A stretch of 64,000 nucleotides of DNA from NCBI GenBank assembly GCA_963754925.1, contig CAVWHX010000004.1:1184001-1248000 (forward strand), in the 5' to 3' direction. Each line of letters begins with the position of its first letter. Position 1 is the first letter of the stretch. Positions 61,977-64,000 of the stretch are shown one piece after another. Made by a program: the position numbers and the translations under genes. The notes beneath the pieces were generated by a model. The model was not told the DNA's origin. It did not search any database and saw only the letters and a list, made by a program, of their open reading frames with translations. The stretch comes from an uncultured delta proteobacterium. GTDB taxonomy: Bacteria > Myxococcota > B64-G9.

Positions 61977-62759
61977 TTAGCAAGCCTTTTGTAAGAGAGT
62001 CTCGTGGCCAATGTGGTCCTGCTCGAATCGTACCGGTGATTGGTATCCAAGCGTTGAATGTAAATAGCTGTTGTTGTATTCATCAAGCCAGGAATTCAAG
62101 GCTTCAAAGAAAACGCTTGGACTCTTCCACTCACGAAGCCATACCAGTTCCTCCTTCAGCGTCCGCATGAACCGTTCCGTATCGGCGTTGCCTTTGGGGT
62201 TGTTATAACTCGTAAATGATTGTCTGATTCCCATGACAGCACATGCTTCCATAAACCCCACCGAGGTGGGTTGACAGCCATTGTCAGACATCAAATGCAG
62301 TTCATGTCCCCGAACTCCATCAGGAAATTGCCGATTCACGCCCTGGTTCAATGCCGCCAGCCAATGCCAGGCCTTCGACTGAACTCCCGCATAATGCCCC
62401 GTGACCTTCTTGGAATACCAGTCGAGGACAATAACCACATAGACCCAACCAAATCCATCGATCATGACCTTGGTCATATCGATGCCCCACCATTGGTTGC
62501 ACCGAACAGGGCGCGGTTTGCTGGTATGTGCTCGTCGCGTTGCTTTCAGTTTCAGATTGGGCATTACCAGAAGTTTGTGCTCTTTCATCAACCGATGAAC
62601 ACGCTTCTGGTTAATCTCGAATCCATCGATGTATTTCAAATGGGCCCAGACCCGACGATACCCCCAAAAAGGATGGTCGGCCTTTATCGTACGAATCCGG
62701 CGAACCACGGGAGCGTTACGCCGGTTCACCTTTTGGTAGGGTCCGCGGCTCATTCCCAC
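61977..62759 (-). CDS. IS3 transposase OrfB (rve DDE domain)
   Basis: WGYRR, WGIDMT, SDNG and NADTERF motifs. Lies in the -1 frame to orfA after an A8G slippery run (about 62766-62774). Confidence 0.93.
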   Translation of the reverse strand: MGMSRGPYQKVNRRNAPVVRRIRTIKADHPFWGYRRVWAHLKYIDGFEINQKRVHRLMKEHKLLVMPNLKLKATRRAHTSKPRPVRCNQWWGIDMTKVMIDGFGWVYVVIVLDWYSKKVTGHYAGVQSKAWHWLAALNQGVNRQFPDGVRGHELHLMSDNGCQPTSVGFMEACAVMGIRQSFTSYNNPKGNADTERFMRTLKEELVWLREWKSPSVFFEALNSWLDEYNNSYLHSTLGYQSPVRFEQDHIGHETLLQKAC

Positions 62760-63022
62760 TCCTCGCTTTTTTTTAGCTCCATGGTCAGCTCACCCACCAT
62801 GGCTTTCAGGCGGGCATTTTCGTTTTTCAACCGTGCGGTCTTTTCGTCTGTTTTCTCTGTCTCAAACGCGCGGGCGGCGTTGTGTAAAAATTGATCCCGC
62901 CATTGATAGTACTGAGACTGAGAAATGCCGTGCTCGCTGCACAATTCGGCGATTTGTCGTCCTCGAAGGCCTTCGAGGACGACAAGGGCTTTCTTTTCCG
63001 AGGTCCAATTCTTTCGTTTCAT
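62750..63022 (-). CDS. IS3 transposase OrfA (HTH plus leucine zipper)
   Basis: KKALVVLEGL, ELCSEHGISQSQYYQW and RLKNENARLK motifs; SD AAGGAG. Confidence 0.9.
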   Translation of the reverse strand: MKRKNWTSEKKALVVLEGLRGRQIAELCSEHGISQSQYYQWRDQFLHNAARAFETEKTDEKTARLKNENARLKAMVGELTMELKKSEEWE

Positions 63023-63113
63023 TGGCTGCTCTCCTTGGTCCATGCAGCCACAAATACTCTCTTAGCTCAACCCAATTTCAAATGGGGGGCAGGATATCTC
63101 CTCCACTGGACAA

Positions 63114-63148
63114 GAGATTCTACGCCTCGCTTCGCTCGCTAGAATCTC
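63114..63148. repeat. Palindromic REP-like hairpin
   Basis: GAGATTCT-ACGCCTCGCTTCGCTCGCT-AGAATCTC. Confidence 0.6.
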
Positions 63149-63514
63149 TAGCGCCAGCGGGAGAGGGGTTAAGTTTTGTGGTTACACCCCGATCGATCGG
63201 TGCAGCGAAACGATCTCCACGGACATCTTTGAGCAGATTTCAAAGACGGCATTCCTTACCGGGTCAACCACGTGTGCGACGAGTATCAGCACCCGCCTTA
63301 CTCGAAACTTGCGGCGCAGGTAAACCTCTAAAGAAAATCGTTCTTTCACCGTACGGCTCCCTTGACATTTTGTATCATACCTTCGAGTCCAATACGAGTA
63401 TTGTATTAATAGCGTTTCTTCCTGCAAGCGGTGGGAATAGCATGGTTCATTCAATCGTTGTATTTCGGGCTGCTATTGTGATAATGGCCAAGCGAACTTA
63501 TTCAGGAGGGTTAT

Positions 63515-64000
63515 ATGGAGAGCAACATTCGTGCCATTAATGAAAAAATCGAGCGAGAAAGCGCCTTTGTCGACCGCCTGGTTGGCGAGGTCGGGAAGGT
63601 GATCGTCGGACAAAAAAGCATGATCGAGCGCATGCTGCTCGGTTTGTTGTGCAATGGGCATGTGTTGCTCGAGGGCGTGCCCGGTCTGGCTAAGACGTTG
63701 ACCATCAAGACCCTGTCGGATGCGATCTCGGCCGAATTCAAGCGTGTCCAGTTCACCCCTGACCTGCTTCCAGCCGATTTGGTGGGGACGATGGTCTACA
63801 ATCAAAAGAGCGGCGAGTTCGCCCCGAAGCGCGGGCCGGTGTTTTGTAATTTCTTACTGGCGGATGAAATCAACCGCGCCCCGGCCAAGGTGCAGTCGGC
63901 CCTGCTGGAATGCATGCAGGAGCGTCAGGTTACCCTGGGCGACACCACCCACCTGGTGCCCGATCCGTTCATCGTACTCGCCACCCAAAACCCCATCGAG
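63515..64000 (+). CDS. moxR: MoxR family AAA+ ATPase, 3'-truncated by window
   Basis: SD AGGAGG; HVLLEGVPGLAKT, RVQFTPDLLPAD, LADEINRAPAKVQSALLE and LATQNPIE motifs. Confidence 0.95.
   Translation, partial: MESNIRAINEKIERESAFVDRLVGEVGKVIVGQKSMIERMLLGLLCNGHVLLEGVPGLAKTLTIKTLSDAISAEFKRVQFTPDLLPADLVGTMVYNQKSGEFAPKRGPVFCNFLLADEINRAPAKVQSALLECMQERQVTLGDTTHLVPDPFIVLATQNPIE

Larger units (their letters stand above)
61962..63096 (-). mobile_element. IS3-family insertion sequence, apparently intact
   Basis: Terminal IRs TGTAGTGCCCCCCATTT and AAATGGGGGGCAGGATA; 4-bp direct repeat TCTC (61958-61961 and 63097-63100); orfA plus orfB. Confidence 0.92.

Noticed and set aside
62750..62780. orfA/orfB frame break in the IS as another sequence error
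   Set aside because: It matches the standard IS3 programmed -1 frameshift site; known biology.
63182..63454. Minus-strand 90-aa ORF between the IS and moxR
   Set aside because: No recognisable domain; a shorter GTG start with a weak SD is possible but unsupported.

Overview
Bacterial chromosomal window, probably from a deltaproteobacterial or Myxococcota-like organism. This is inferred from the ileS-lspA-lgt order and a myxobacterial-style Ser/Thr kinase. The left part (1-21.4 kb) holds lipid-handling genes (LolA-like protein, DUF1302-like barrel, a BstB/BstC-like pair, an MMPL/HpnN-like RND transporter, three alpha/beta-hydrolase-fold esterases), ileS-lspA-lgt, a GH57 protein and an orphan integron-type cassette. 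The centre (21.8-61.7 kb) is a large Wzx/Wzy surface-polysaccharide locus with an AT-rich core. It carries a MarR_EPS regulator, gmd/fcl, uronic-acid genes, two AsnB amidotransferases, a radical SAM protein, many methyltransferases, an FnlA/QnlA-type module with a C-methyltransferase, WecA and an O-antigen-ligase-TPR protein. The right end has an intact IS3 element nested in palindromic repeats and the start of a MoxR ATPase. The most striking unexplained structure is a four-helix-bundle gene bracketed by inverted arrays of 7-mer tandem repeats. About a dozen single-base homopolymer frameshifts suggest long-read errors. All family calls come from motif recognition only; no searches were run.
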